DNA of 32,000 bases from Candidatus Saccharimonadota bacterium (GCF_017656055.1 NZ_CP069383.1:60001-92000); one strand, 5' to 3'; numbered from the stretch's first letter, positions 8,218-17,773 are shown. Notes: generated by a model from the letters alone, not told the origin. Made by a program: numbers and translations.

Positions 8218-9720
8218 TTAATATGATTTTAATATGTCATTTATTTTAATATCATTAAAATTATTTATAATAATTCCAAATTCATTATTATTTTTAACTT
8301 CTTTAACAACGTTATTCAATATTTTCATAGATTTTATTTTACCATTAAAAATTTCTTTATTTTCTCTAAATATTGATATATTATCATTAATATTTATTAT
8401 TCCTTTATTAAGTTTACAACCAGCTATTTTATAATTAGAATAATTAAAAATATTTTTTATTATAGAATTACTTTTAAATATTTTATTTAAATCTGTTTTG
8501 TTTATATCTGTATTTTTTTTATTTATTATTTTTTTTATATCATTTATTAAATCATAAATTATAGTATAATTATTAAATATTAATTTGTTATTTTTTATAA
8601 TTTTATTTATTTTACTATCAATTTTAATATTAAAACCTATTATTATTGAATTTGATAATAAAGCTTTATTAACATCATTAATATTAATATTACCTATATT
8701 ATAATAAACAATATTTATATTTTTATCTATATTTTTTAATATTTTTAATATAACTTCGCAACTTCCTGTTACATCAGTCTTTAATATTATATTAATTTTA
8801 TTTAAATTTTTATTAAAATTAATATTATTTATTATATTATTCTCAATTATTTTTTTTTTTTTATAATTATTAAATTTAATATTTTTAATTAAATTTTTAT
8901 TATTATATGAATATATAATATTTCCAAATCTATGTATTTTATTTAAACCAGTTATTTCTATAGGCATAGATGGTATAGAAATATTTAAATTTTCATTCAT
9001 ACTAAATATAGATTTTATTTTTTTATTTTTTTCTAAATTAGTAGATATATAGTTTCCTACTTTAAATATACCTTTTTTAATTATTAAAACTGTTTTTAAT
9101 CCTTCATTTTTATTTATATAAGATTCTATAATTATTCCTTTAGAAATTGTATTATTATTTATTTCATTAAAATTAAATATATTTTTTGTATATTTTAAAA
9201 TAACAGTAATTATATTATTTATTCCTATATTATTTTTAGATGAAGTATATATAAAATCATATTTTCCTCCCCATTCTTTAGATACTATATTATATTTTGA
9301 TAATTCGTTTATTATTTTGTTTTTATCATAATTTTTATCTATTTTATTAATTACTATAATACATGGTATATTACTATTTAATTTTATATAATTTATACAT
9401 TCTATTGTTTGTTTATTTACGCAGTCATCTACTGAAACAACTAATATAATAATATCTGTTATTTTAATACTTAAATTTCTAATTTTATAAAAATCTTCAT
9501 GCCCAGGAGTATCTATAAAAGTTAATATTTCATCTTTTAACATTATATAAGAATATTTTATATGTTGAGTTATATTTCTTGATTCCATATAAGTATTATT
9601 TATTATTCTGTTTAATATAGATGTTTTTCCATGATTTACATGACCTAATATAGTAATAATAGAATTTTTTATATTTGAATTTTTAGATATTTGTATATCT
9701 TTGAATTTATTTTTATACAT
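8218..9720 (-). CDS. infB: Translation initiation factor IF-2, lacking the N-terminal domains
   Basis: 500 aa. G1 is GHVNHGKTS at about residue 26, followed by DTPGHEDF and NKIDK, then the beta-barrel and C-terminal domains. E. coli IF2 is much longer because of N-terminal domains that are absent here. Confidence 0.9.
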   Translation of the reverse strand: MYKNKFKDIQISKNSNIKNSIITILGHVNHGKTSILNRIINNTYMESRNITQHIKYSYIMLKDEILTFIDTPGHEDFYKIRNLSIKITDIIILVVSVDDCVNKQTIECINYIKLNSNIPCIIVINKIDKNYDKNKIINELSKYNIVSKEWGGKYDFIYTSSKNNIGINNIITVILKYTKNIFNFNEINNNTISKGIIIESYINKNEGLKTVLIIKKGIFKVGNYISTNLEKNKKIKSIFSMNENLNISIPSMPIEITGLNKIHRFGNIIYSYNNKNLIKNIKFNNYKKKKIIENNIINNINFNKNLNKINIILKTDVTGSCEVILKILKNIDKNINIVYYNIGNININDVNKALLSNSIIIGFNIKIDSKINKIIKNNKLIFNNYTIIYDLINDIKKIINKKNTDINKTDLNKIFKSNSIIKNIFNYSNYKIAGCKLNKGIININDNISIFRENKEIFNGKIKSMKILNNVVKEVKNNNEFGIIINNFNDIKINDILKSY

Positions 9721-9772
9721 TTCTTAAAATTAATGTTTTTTTTTTGAAGAATAAGATAGAAACTTATGAAAA

Positions 9773-9845
9773 TTGCGGAAGTTGGACTCGAACCAACGAC
9801 CTTCGGGTTATGAGCCCGATGAGCTACCTACTGCTCTACTCCGCT
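9773..9845 (-). tRNA. metY: Initiator tRNA-fMet (anticodon CAU)
   Basis: 73 nt. The anticodon arm TCGGG-CTCATAA-CCCGA carries the three consecutive G:C pairs diagnostic of initiators. Positions 1:72 are unpaired (A1/A72). The rest is near-identical to E. coli metY, and it sits upstream of infB as in E. coli. Confidence 0.9.
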
Positions 9846-9929
9846 ATAAAAATTATAATATAATAAATTTATTATAAAATCAATATAAACATATTATTTT
9901 TAAATAAATTATATAATAATATAATAATA

Positions 9930-10127
9930 TTATAACTTACTAAAAAAAATACATAATATAAAAAATAATAATATTAATAATATTATAAACTTATTTATTT
10001 TTATTTTATTATTATATATGTATTCATATTTATTTAAATTACTAAAATTATTATTAAATATAAATTCATAAAAAAAAATATATTTTAACAAAATAAATAA
10101 TATTAAATAAATAATTTTGATTAACAT
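9930..10127 (-). CDS. Small two-TM membrane protein, candidate degenerate SecG
   Basis: 65 aa, two hydrophobic segments separated by a polar loop. The second segment KFIILLILLFFILCIF resembles SecG TM2 RMTALLATLFFIISLV. The start is 1 nt after the ftsH stop. It lies between ftsH and metY, where secG sits in E. coli. Confidence 0.45.
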   Translation of the reverse strand: MLIKIIYLILFILLKYIFFYEFIFNNNFSNLNKYEYIYNNKIKINKFIILLILLFFILCIFFSKL

Positions 10128-10128
10128 C

Positions 10129-11877
10129 TTATAAAAATTTTCTATTGATTATATCATTAATTTGTTCAAAATACAGAGTTTCATATTTTAATAATAAATT
10201 TTTCATATTATGTAATAAATCTATATTTTTTAATAAAATTTTTTTTGATCTTATTATATTTCTATTTATTATATCAAAAATTTCATTATTTATTAAATCT
10301 AATATTCTATTAGAAAATAATATTTTTCTATTCCACATGTCATTTTCATTAAAAATTATAGGAGATAATTTATCAGAATAACCCCATTTTAATATCATAT
10401 TTTTTGCTATATTTGTAGCTGTTTTGATATCATTAAAACATCCAGTAGATACTTTTTCACTTCCATATATTATTTCTTCTGCTATTCTACCAGCATATAA
10501 AATAGATATTTTATTTTCTAATATTTCTTTATTTAGATTTAATAAATTTTCATCTTCTATGCACATAGTATATCCTAATGAATTACCTCTAGGTATTATT
10601 GTAACTTTATTTATATGTTGATTTGAAATTATTTTACCTACTATTACATGTCCAGATTCATGATATGCTACTGATTCTTTTTGATTTATATTAGTAAATA
10701 AATTTTTTTTTTCTATGCCTAATAATATTCTGTCTATAGATATATCAAAATCTTTCATTGAAATAATATTTCTATTATTTTTAACAGCATTTAATATTGA
10801 TTCATTTACTAAATTAAATAAATCAGCTCCAGAAAATCCATATGTTGTTTTAGCTATTTCTTTTATATTTACATCTTTTGATATATTAGTTTTTTTTATA
10901 TATATTTTTAATATATCTTCTCTACCTTTTAAATTTGGTAAATCTATTATTATTTTTCTATCAAATCTACCTGATCTTAATAAAGCCTTATCTAATATTT
11001 CAGGTCTATTTGTTGCAGCTATTACTATAACAGATTCATTTTCTGTAAAACCATCCATTTCAACAAGCATTTGATTTAATGTTTGCTCTCTCTCATCATG
11101 ACTTCCTCCTAAACCTATACCTCTTTGTCTTCCTATAGAATCTATTTCATCTATAAAAATTATTGATGGAGAATTTTTTTTTGCTTTATCAAAAATTTCT
11201 CTTACTCTTAAAGCACCAACTCCAACAAACATTTCTACAAATTCAGAACCAGATATATTATAAAATGGTACATTAGATTCTCCAGCTATTGCTTTAGCTA
11301 ATAATGTTTTACCGGTTCCAGGTTCTCCTATTAATAAAATACCTTTTGGAATTTTACCTCCTAATTTTTTATATTTATCAGGATTTTTTAAGAAATTAAC
11401 TATTTCTTTTATTTCTTCTTTAGCTTCATCACATCCAGCTATATTACAAAATTTTGTTTTTATATTATTTTTTACATTATTTTTACCTAAAAATAAATTT
11501 TTAATATTTATTTTTTTTATTAAAATTAACCAAATAATTAAAAATATTAATATTGGAATTACATACATTAAGTAATAAATAATATAATTACTATTTAATA
11601 TATAATTTTTATTTAGTATATCAACTTTATTTTTTAATAATATTTCAGTTAATTCTTTACATATATTTGGTATATATGTTATATATTTTTTGTTATTTTT
11701 ATTTAATATAAATATTTTATTTCCTTCTAAATATATTTTTTTTATATAATTATTATTTAATAATTTTATAAAATTGTTATAACTTATTGTTTTATTAAAA
11801 AAAATATATTTTATATTACTTAAAAATGTTATAAAATATACAGAAACTAAAATAAATAGAATAAAATTTTTAATCAT
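10129..11877 (-). CDS. ftsH: ATP-dependent zinc metalloprotease FtsH
   Basis: 582 aa. N-terminal TM segments, Walker [18 protein letters not shown], Walker [12 protein letters not shown] region, and zinc site HESGHVIVG. Confidence 0.97.
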   Translation of the reverse strand: MIKNFILFILVSVYFITFLSNIKYIFFNKTISYNNFIKLLNNNYIKKIYLEGNKIFILNKNNKKYITYIPNICKELTEILLKNKVDILNKNYILNSNYIIYYLMYVIPILIFLIIWLILIKKINIKNLFLGKNNVKNNIKTKFCNIAGCDEAKEEIKEIVNFLKNPDKYKKLGGKIPKGILLIGEPGTGKTLLAKAIAGESNVPFYNISGSEFVEMFVGVGALRVREIFDKAKKNSPSIIFIDEIDSIGRQRGIGLGGSHDEREQTLNQMLVEMDGFTENESVIVIAATNRPEILDKALLRSGRFDRKIIIDLPNLKGREDILKIYIKKTNISKDVNIKEIAKTTYGFSGADLFNLVNESILNAVKNNRNIISMKDFDISIDRILLGIEKKNLFTNINQKESVAYHESGHVIVGKIISNQHINKVTIIPRGNSLGYTMCIEDENLLNLNKEILENKISILYAGRIAEEIIYGSEKVSTGCFNDIKTATNIAKNMILKWGYSDKLSPIIFNENDMWNRKILFSNRILDLINNEIFDIINRNIIRSKKILLKNIDLLHNMKNLLLKYETLYFEQINDIINRKFL

Positions 11878-11878
11878 T

Positions 11879-12499
11879 TTAAATTACCTCTTTATTTCTT
11901 TTAAAATTTTTACAAACAATATAAAATTCTTTTGAATTTTTATTAGATGATATAGGTTTTATAATTTTAATAATATTGAACATTTTTTTTATTTTATTTA
12001 TTATTAATTTAATATCTTTACTACCATTAAAACACTTAAATACTAAATTTCCTTTATTTTTTAAAATATCATTACATAATTTTAATGATAAATTAATAAA
12101 ATCTATAATTTTTATTATATCTATATCATTATGTCCAGTAATTTTATGACATATATCGGAAATTATAGTATCAACTCTACAAATATTTTTATTATTTATT
12201 ATATTAATGAGTAAATTATATGTTTTATATATATCACCTTTTATAAAAAAAATATTTTTATTTTTTATTTCAATATTTTTAATATCACAAGAAAATATTT
12301 TAATATTTTTAAAATTATCAATAATATATTTTATCCATCCACCTGGATAAGATCCTAAATCTATTATATTTGTATTATTTTTAAAAATATTAAATTTTTT
12401 ATCAATTTCATATATTTTAAACCAAGATTTAGAAATTAATTTTAATCTTTTAGATTCTTTAAAATAAAAATAATTATTTTTATTATTTTTAATTTTCAT
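11879..12499 (-). CDS. rlmE: 23S rRNA U2552 2'-O-methyltransferase (FtsJ/RrmJ)
   Basis: 206 aa. The SAM-binding motif DLGSYPGGWIKY matches DLGAAPGGWSQY, and ISDICHKITG is also present. It lies upstream of ftsH as in E. coli. Confidence 0.88.
   Translation of the reverse strand: MKIKNNKNNYFYFKESKRLKLISKSWFKIYEIDKKFNIFKNNTNIIDLGSYPGGWIKYIIDNFKNIKIFSCDIKNIEIKNKNIFFIKGDIYKTYNLLINIINNKNICRVDTIISDICHKITGHNDIDIIKIIDFINLSLKLCNDILKNKGNLVFKCFNGSKDIKLIINKIKKMFNIIKIIKPISSNKNSKEFYIVCKNFKRNKEVI
11886..11892 (-). promoter_or_regulatory. Shine-Dalgarno site (AAGAGGT) for ftsH, embedded in the last codons of rlmE
   Basis: The minus strand reads AAAGAGGTAATTTAAA-ATG. The GAGG core lies about 9 nt upstream of the ftsH ATG. 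Confidence 0.6.
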
Positions 12500-12968
12500 A
12501 ATATATAGATATTATTTTATATCTTATAATTTTATTGAATATTTCTAAATTAATTATATCATTTTTTTTTTTACCTATTAATATTTTTGATAAAGGTGAA
12601 TTTATAGATATTTTATTTTTTTTTATATCAGATTCAAATTCACTTACTATTTGATATTTATTAATAATATTATTATCCATATTAATTAATTCAACTATAG
12701 ATCCAAAATATATTATATTTTTATTATTTATATCTTTAGGATAAAATATTTTTGATATTGATAATATATATTCTAAATTTTTTATTTTTTTTTCATAAAT
12801 TAAATATTGTTCTTTTGCGCATTTATATTCATGATTTTCTTTTAAATCACCATATGATCTTGATGTTTCTATTAATTTTAATATTTCAGGTATTTTATTA
12901 TTTTTTATTATATTTATTTTTTTTAATAAATCATTTATACCATTTTTTGTAATTAATATATATTTCAT
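12489..12968 (-). CDS. greA: Transcription elongation factor GreA
   Basis: 159 aa. SRSYGDLKENHEYKCAKEQ matches GreA AREHGDLSENAEYHAAREQ. Confidence 0.9.
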   Translation of the reverse strand: MKYILITKNGINDLLKKINIIKNNKIPEILKLIETSRSYGDLKENHEYKCAKEQYLIYEKKIKNLEYILSISKIFYPKDINNKNIIYFGSIVELINMDNNIINKYQIVSEFESDIKKNKISINSPLSKILIGKKKNDIINLEIFNKIIRYKIISIYYEN

Positions 12969-12972
12969 ATTT

Positions 12973-13956
12973 TTATTTTTTTTTTATAAGAAATTCTTTT
13001 ATTTTATATAATATATTATTTATACCAGTTCTATATTTTGAGGATATTAAAAATATTTTATTTTTATATATATTATTTTTATTAAATAAAATCTTCATTT
13101 TAAAATAATTTTTTAAAATATCTATTTTATTTATTACTATAAAATATTTTTTATTTATTATCAATTTATTATTATTTATATTAATTTTATTATTAATATC
13201 TTTTATTATAGTATTTAAATTAAAATTAAATGATATTAAATTGTAAATATCTATTATATATATAATTAATTTACTATATTTAATATTATTTAAAAGTTCT
13301 ATATTTTTTTTATTTTTATTTTTATTTAATTTATTAATTATTCCTGGAGTATCCATAATAGAAAAATTAAATTTATAAAATTTTATATTATATATAAAAT
13401 TTTTATTTGTAGAAAAAATATAATTAGATATTTTTATATTATTTTTTTTATTTATTAATGAAGATATAAAAGAAGATTTTCCTGAATTAGAATATCCCAA
13501 AACATAAATATCTGATTTTATTTCTAAATTTAATATTATTTTTATAAAAAAACCATTTTTTCCTAAATAATTACAATTATTAATATTTTTATTATATTTT
13601 CCCCCTAATCCACCTTTTAATATAAGTATTTTTTCATTATCTTTTATAAATTTATGTATTATTTCATTAGTATTAAAATTTATTATAATAGTTTTTATTG
13701 GGACATATATTATCAGGTCTTTTCCATTTTTACCATTTTTTTTATTACTACTTCCATTTTTACCATTTTCTGATTTAATAATGCTATTATTTTTAATGTT
13801 ATTTAAATTATTTAAATTTTTATTTGATTCTATATATATATCACCTCCATTACCTCCATTACCTCCTTTATATATATTATTATTCTTATAATTTTTATAT
13901 TTTTTATAATATCCATTACCTCCATTTCCAGATTTTAATATAATAATTTTATTCAT
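12973..13956 (-). CDS. obg: GTPase Obg/CgtA
   Basis: 327 aa. N-terminal glycine-rich Obg fold (SGNGGNG, GGNGGNGGDIY, NGKNG), then G1 GYSNSGKSS, DTPGII and NKID. Confidence 0.88.
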   Translation of the reverse strand: MNKIIILKSGNGGNGYYKKYKNYKNNNIYKGGNGGNGGDIYIESNKNLNNLNNIKNNSIIKSENGKNGSSNKKNGKNGKDLIIYVPIKTIIINFNTNEIIHKFIKDNEKILILKGGLGGKYNKNINNCNYLGKNGFFIKIILNLEIKSDIYVLGYSNSGKSSFISSLINKKNNIKISNYIFSTNKNFIYNIKFYKFNFSIMDTPGIINKLNKNKNKKNIELLNNIKYSKLIIYIIDIYNLISFNFNLNTIIKDINNKININNNKLIINKKYFIVINKIDILKNYFKMKILFNKNNIYKNKIFLISSKYRTGINNILYKIKEFLIKKK

Positions 13957-13967
13957 TATTTTAATAT

Positions 13968-14228
13968 TTATTTTAAAGGAATAATATCTATAATTTTTTT
14001 ATTTTTAAACTTTTTATATCTAAAAAATACTTTTCCTATTATTTTTGAAAATATTGTATAATCTTTTCCCATTTTAGAATTATAACCTGGATGAAATTTA
14101 CTACCTCTTTGTCTTAATATTATATTTCCTGGATATACTAATTCACTTCCAAAATGTTTAAATCCTAATCTTTTTCCTATAGAATCTCTACCATTTTTAG
14201 TTGAACCGGTAGCTTTTTTCTGTGCCAT
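13968..14228 (-). CDS. rpmA: 50S ribosomal protein L27
   Basis: [27 protein letters not shown]...[12 protein letters not shown] matches L27 over its whole length. Confidence 0.97.
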   Translation of the reverse strand: MAQKKATGSTKNGRDSIGKRLGFKHFGSELVYPGNIILRQRGSKFHPGYNSKMGKDYTIFSKIIGKVFFRYKKFKNKKIIDIIPLK

Positions 14229-14233
14229 AATTT

Positions 14234-14557
14234 TTAATTATTTTTAATAATTTTTAATATAGAAATATTTGTGAAATTTTGTCTGTGTCCTTTTATTATT
14301 TTATAATTATTTCTTCTTTTAAATTTTAAAATTTTTATTTTTTTATCTTTAAAATGATTAATAACTTTTGCAATAATTATAATTTCTTTTAAATATGGTT
14401 TTCCTACTAATATTAATTTATTATTTTCTTCAAAAAATAATATATTACGTATTTCTATTAAATCATTAATTTCTTTATTAATTTTATCTATTTTAATTAT
14501 ATCGTTTATTTTATTTACTATATATTGTTTATTTTTTATTTCCAATATTATTTTCAT
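14234..14557 (-). CDS. rplU: 50S ribosomal protein L21
   Basis: 107 aa. [26 protein letters not shown] matches L21 [26 protein letters not shown]. It lies upstream of rpmA. Confidence 0.92.
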   Translation of the reverse strand: MKIILEIKNKQYIVNKINDIIKIDKINKEINDLIEIRNILFFEENNKLILVGKPYLKEIIIIAKVINHFKDKKIKILKFKRRNNYKIIKGHRQNFTNISILKIIKNN

Positions 14558-14657
14558 ATTAATTTATTTTTTTTATATTTTAATAAATTTATTTATAAAT
14601 GTTTTAAAATATGTAATAATTATAATATTATTATAATAAAAAAAAAATATATAATAT

Positions 14658-14798
14658 ATGGCTGTACAAAAAAATAGAAAAACTAAATCAAAAAAAAAAA
14701 TGAAAAAATCTAATATAAATATTAGAAAACCTACTTTATTTTATAATAAAGAAAATAACGATATTAATATTTTTCATTTTAATTTTGTAAAAAAATGA
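14658..14798 (+). CDS. rpmF: 50S ribosomal protein L32 (46 aa)
   Basis: Hand translation is MAVQKNRKTKSKKKMKKSNINIRKPTLFYNKENNDINIFHFNFVKK. The N-terminus matches L32 MAVQQNKPTRSKRGMRRSH. The stop TGA overlaps the holB ATG (ATGA). It is absent from the ORF track. Confidence 0.85.
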   Translation: MAVQKNRKTKSKKKMKKSNINIRKPTLFYNKENNDINIFHFNFVKK

Positions 14799-15769
14799 TA
14801 TTTGAAAATACAATTTGGATAAAAAATATTTATTATAAAATAATTAAAATATATAAAAATAAAAATTTTCCTATATTACTTTATAATAATTATAATTATA
14901 ATATTAATTTAAATAATAATTTTATAATAGAAATATCTAAATGGTTATTTTGTATTAAAAATAATTATTTATATTTTAATTGTAAAAAATGTAAAAATTG
15001 TATTAATTATAAAAATATAAATAATATATTTATAATAGATAAAAATATAAAGTTTAATATATTAAATATAATAAAAAATAGTTATAAAAATAAAGTACTA
15101 ATATATATATATAATATAAAATTAGATAATAAATTTATAAAACATATATTTAGTAATTTAAATTATATTAAAAATAAAAATTTATTTTTTATATTTCATA
15201 CAAAAAATTTATATAATTACATGATAAATAATACAAATAATAATTTATTTTATAAAATAGAAATAAATTATCCTTATATAAATAAATTTAAAAAAAATAT
15301 ACTTATTAATATTAACAAAAATATATTTAATAAAGAGTTATCAAATATAAGAATATTACATTTTTTATATAAGATATTAGATATAAAAGAAATTATTTTT
15401 TTTATTAATAATTTAAATATTATATTAATAAATTTTATAAAGATTTTTATAAATAAAGATATATTTAGTTTTATATATTATATAAAACGTAATAATTTAT
15501 ATGTATTATCTATAATTAAATATTTATTAATAATATTTATAGAAATTATAAATAATAGATGTTATAATTTTTTAATAAATAATAAAAATAAAAAAATTTA
15601 TAAATATATTGAAATTATATCAAAATATTTAAATAATAAAATTTTATTTAATATAATAGATAAATTATTTTTATATATATATTATATAAATAATGATATA
15701 AATAATTTATTAAATAAAGATATTTTAATATCTTATATATTTTTATATATATTAAAAAAAACAAAATAA
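14795..15769 (+). CDS. holB: DNA polymerase III delta' subunit (highly diverged)
   Basis: 324 aa. The N-terminal W...Y pattern is followed by a Cys cluster, LFC...C..CKNC, aligning with the HolB zinc module LLC...CGHCRGC. It lies immediately upstream of the TatD-family gene, as E. coli holB-ycfH. Confidence 0.65.
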   Translation: MIFENTIWIKNIYYKIIKIYKNKNFPILLYNNYNYNINLNNNFIIEISKWLFCIKNNYLYFNCKKCKNCINYKNINNIFIIDKNIKFNILNIIKNSYKNKVLIYIYNIKLDNKFIKHIFSNLNYIKNKNLFFIFHTKNLYNYMINNTNNNLFYKIEINYPYINKFKKNILININKNIFNKELSNIRILHFLYKILDIKEIIFFINNLNIILINFIKIFINKDIFSFIYYIKRNNLYVLSIIKYLLIIFIEIINNRCYNFLINNKNKKIYKYIEIISKYLNNKILFNIIDKLFLYIYYINNDINNLLNKDILISYIFLYILKKTK

Positions 15770-15770
15770 T

Positions 15771-16550
15771 ATGATATTAATAGATTCACATTTTCATTTA
15801 GATGAAATTATATATTTAAAATGCTATAAAAATATAGAAGAATTTATAAAAAACATAAGAAATAATAATATAAAATATTTATTAAATATAAATTTAAATT
15901 TTAATTTTTTTAAAAAAAATATAGCTAAAATTAGAAATTATAATGAGATATTAAATTCTTATGGAATACATCCATTAAGTATAAAAAATAAAAAAATTAA
16001 TTATGAAAAATTAAAAAAAATTTGTGAATTAAAATATATCTCAGCCATTGGTGAAACAGGATTAGATTTTTTAAAAGAAAAAAATGAGATTTTTATAAAA
16101 AATCAAATAGATTCTTTTATAAAGCATGTAAATATAAGTTTAGAATTAAATAAACCTATATTAATACATACTAGAAATTCTTCTACATATATAGTAAACA
16201 TATTTAAAAGAAATAAAGATTTAAAAGGTATAATACATTGTTTTAATTATGATATAGATACTTTAAGAAAAATATTAAATTATAATTTTTATATATCAAT
16301 ATCAGGAATATTAACATTTAAAAAATCAGATTATTTAAGAAAATTAATAAAATATATACCTTTAAGTAGATTATTAGTAGAAACAGATTCTCCTTATTTA
16401 ACACCTGAACCTTATAGAGGAAATTATAATAAACCTATATATATAATAGAAACTATTAAAATGATAAGTAACTTATTAAATGTTGATATTAATTTTTTAT
16501 CATATAAAATTTATAAAAATTTTATAAATATTTTTAATTTAAAAAATTAA
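15771..16550 (+). CDS. ycfH: TatD-family metal-dependent hydrolase/DNase (YcfH-like)
   Basis: 259 aa. Motifs DSHFHLD, GETGLDF, ILIHTR, HCF and ETDSPYLTPEPYRGNYNKP. Confidence 0.88.
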   Translation: MILIDSHFHLDEIIYLKCYKNIEEFIKNIRNNNIKYLLNINLNFNFFKKNIAKIRNYNEILNSYGIHPLSIKNKKINYEKLKKICELKYISAIGETGLDFLKEKNEIFIKNQIDSFIKHVNISLELNKPILIHTRNSSTYIVNIFKRNKDLKGIIHCFNYDIDTLRKILNYNFYISISGILTFKKSDYLRKLIKYIPLSRLLVETDSPYLTPEPYRGNYNKPIYIIETIKMISNLLNVDINFLSYKIYKNFINIFNLKN

Positions 16551-17644
16551 TTTATTAATTTTATAATTTTACCTCCTCCTAAACATATAGAATTTATATA
16601 AATTACAGCATATTGTCCTGGAACAACTACTCCTGACTTTTCATAAAAAATAATTTTTATATGATTATTATCAATAATTTCTATTTTAGATTTTATATCA
16701 TTTTTAGAATTATCATATCTTATTTTAACATTTGCTATAAATTTATTAATGCAAGGTTTATTATTTATCCAATTCATATTTTTAATTATCAAACCTTTTG
16801 ATAATAAATTAGAATTATTTATGTCTTGAGAAACAATTATTAGATTATCTTTTATTCTTTTTTCTATTATATACCAAGGTTTATTATTATATCCTTTTAT
16901 TCCTCCTATTCCTAATCCTTTTCTTTGACCTATTGTATATAAATTAACACCATCATGATTGCCTATTATTTTATTATTTTCATTTAATATATATCCTTTT
17001 TTAGTTTCTATAAAATTTTTTATAAAATTTTTAAATTTTTTTTTACCTATAAAACATATCCCTGTAGATCCTTTTCTATTATAATTTTCAAAATTTATTT
17101 CTTTAGCTATTTTTCTTACATCTTCTTTATTAAAATTTCCTAATGGAAAAATAAAATTATTTATATTTTTAGATTTTATCGAAGATAAAAAATAACTTTG
17201 ATCTTTTTTTTTATCTATACCTTTTAAGATTATATTTCTTTTATTTACAACTATTTTTCTTACATAATGACCTGTTGCTATATAATCATAATTTATATTA
17301 TTATCTATTATTTTTTTTAATATATTAAATTTAATTTTTTTATTACATAATATATCTGGATTAGGTGTAATACCTAATTTTATATCATCTAAAAATTTTA
17401 TAAAAACATTATTCCAATAATATTTAGATAAATTTATATATTTTAATTTAATATTTAATTTATTAGTTATTTTTTTTGCCATTAAGTAATCATCTATTGA
17501 ATTACAATTGTACTTATTATCATCTTTATTCCAATTCTTTATAAATAATCCTTCTATATAATATCCCATTTTTTTTAGTATATAAGCAGTTACTGAAGAA
17601 TCTACTCCACCAGACATTAAAACTACTATTTTTTTATTTTTCAT
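16547..17644 (-). CDS. mnmA: tRNA 2-thiouridine(34) synthase MnmA
   Basis: 365 aa. PP-loop VVLMSGGVDSSV, the NPDILCN catalytic Cys region, GHYVR, DQSYFL, and STGICFIG. Confidence 0.93.
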   Translation of the reverse strand: MKNKKIVVLMSGGVDSSVTAYILKKMGYYIEGLFIKNWNKDDNKYNCNSIDDYLMAKKITNKLNIKLKYINLSKYYWNNVFIKFLDDIKLGITPNPDILCNKKIKFNILKKIIDNNINYDYIATGHYVRKIVVNKRNIILKGIDKKKDQSYFLSSIKSKNINNFIFPLGNFNKEDVRKIAKEINFENYNRKGSTGICFIGKKKFKNFIKNFIETKKGYILNENNKIIGNHDGVNLYTIGQRKGLGIGGIKGYNNKPWYIIEKRIKDNLIIVSQDINNSNLLSKGLIIKNMNWINNKPCINKFIANVKIRYDNSKNDIKSKIEIIDNNHIKIIFYEKSGVVVPGQYAVIYINSICLGGGKIIKLIN

Positions 17645-17688
17645 ATTTTATTTTTTTTTTTTTTATTATAAAATAGAATATAATTAAA

Positions 17689-17761
17689 GTCGATATAATT
17701 TAAATTGGTAAAATAATATATTCGTAATATATTTTTATAGGTTCAAATCCTATTATCGACT
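17689..17761 (+). tRNA. tRNA-Thr (anticodon CGU)
   Basis: 73 nt. Acceptor is GTCGATA/TATCGAC, anticodon arm is ATATA-TTCGTAA-TATAT and T arm is ATAGG-TTCAAAT-CCTAT. The acceptor, anticodon loop and T arm resemble the enterobacterial thrW-type tRNA as I recall it. Confidence 0.75.
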
Positions 17762-17773
17762 TATTAAAATTAA

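Noticed and set aside
8234-8434. 66-aa plus-strand ORF
   Set aside because: It is antisense to the infB C-terminal domain. The product is a low-complexity L/I/F-rich shadow ORF.
10145-11074. Three plus-strand ORFs (10145-10381, 10424-10621, 10715-11074; up to 119 aa)
   Set aside because: All three are antisense to ftsH, whose identity is unambiguous. They fall in its more GC-rich conserved core, where stop codons are rarer on the opposite strand. No motifs are present.
12752-12952. 66-aa plus-strand ORF
   Set aside because: It is antisense to greA, gives a low-complexity hydrophobic translation, and has no independent support.
17689-17761. Alternative reading of this tRNA as Arg(UCG) by shifting the anticodon stem one nucleotide
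   Set aside because: The shifted register loses position 26, creates an A:A mismatch at 27:43 and puts a pyrimidine at position 37. The canonical register gives a clean 5-bp stem, U33 and A37 with anticodon CGU.
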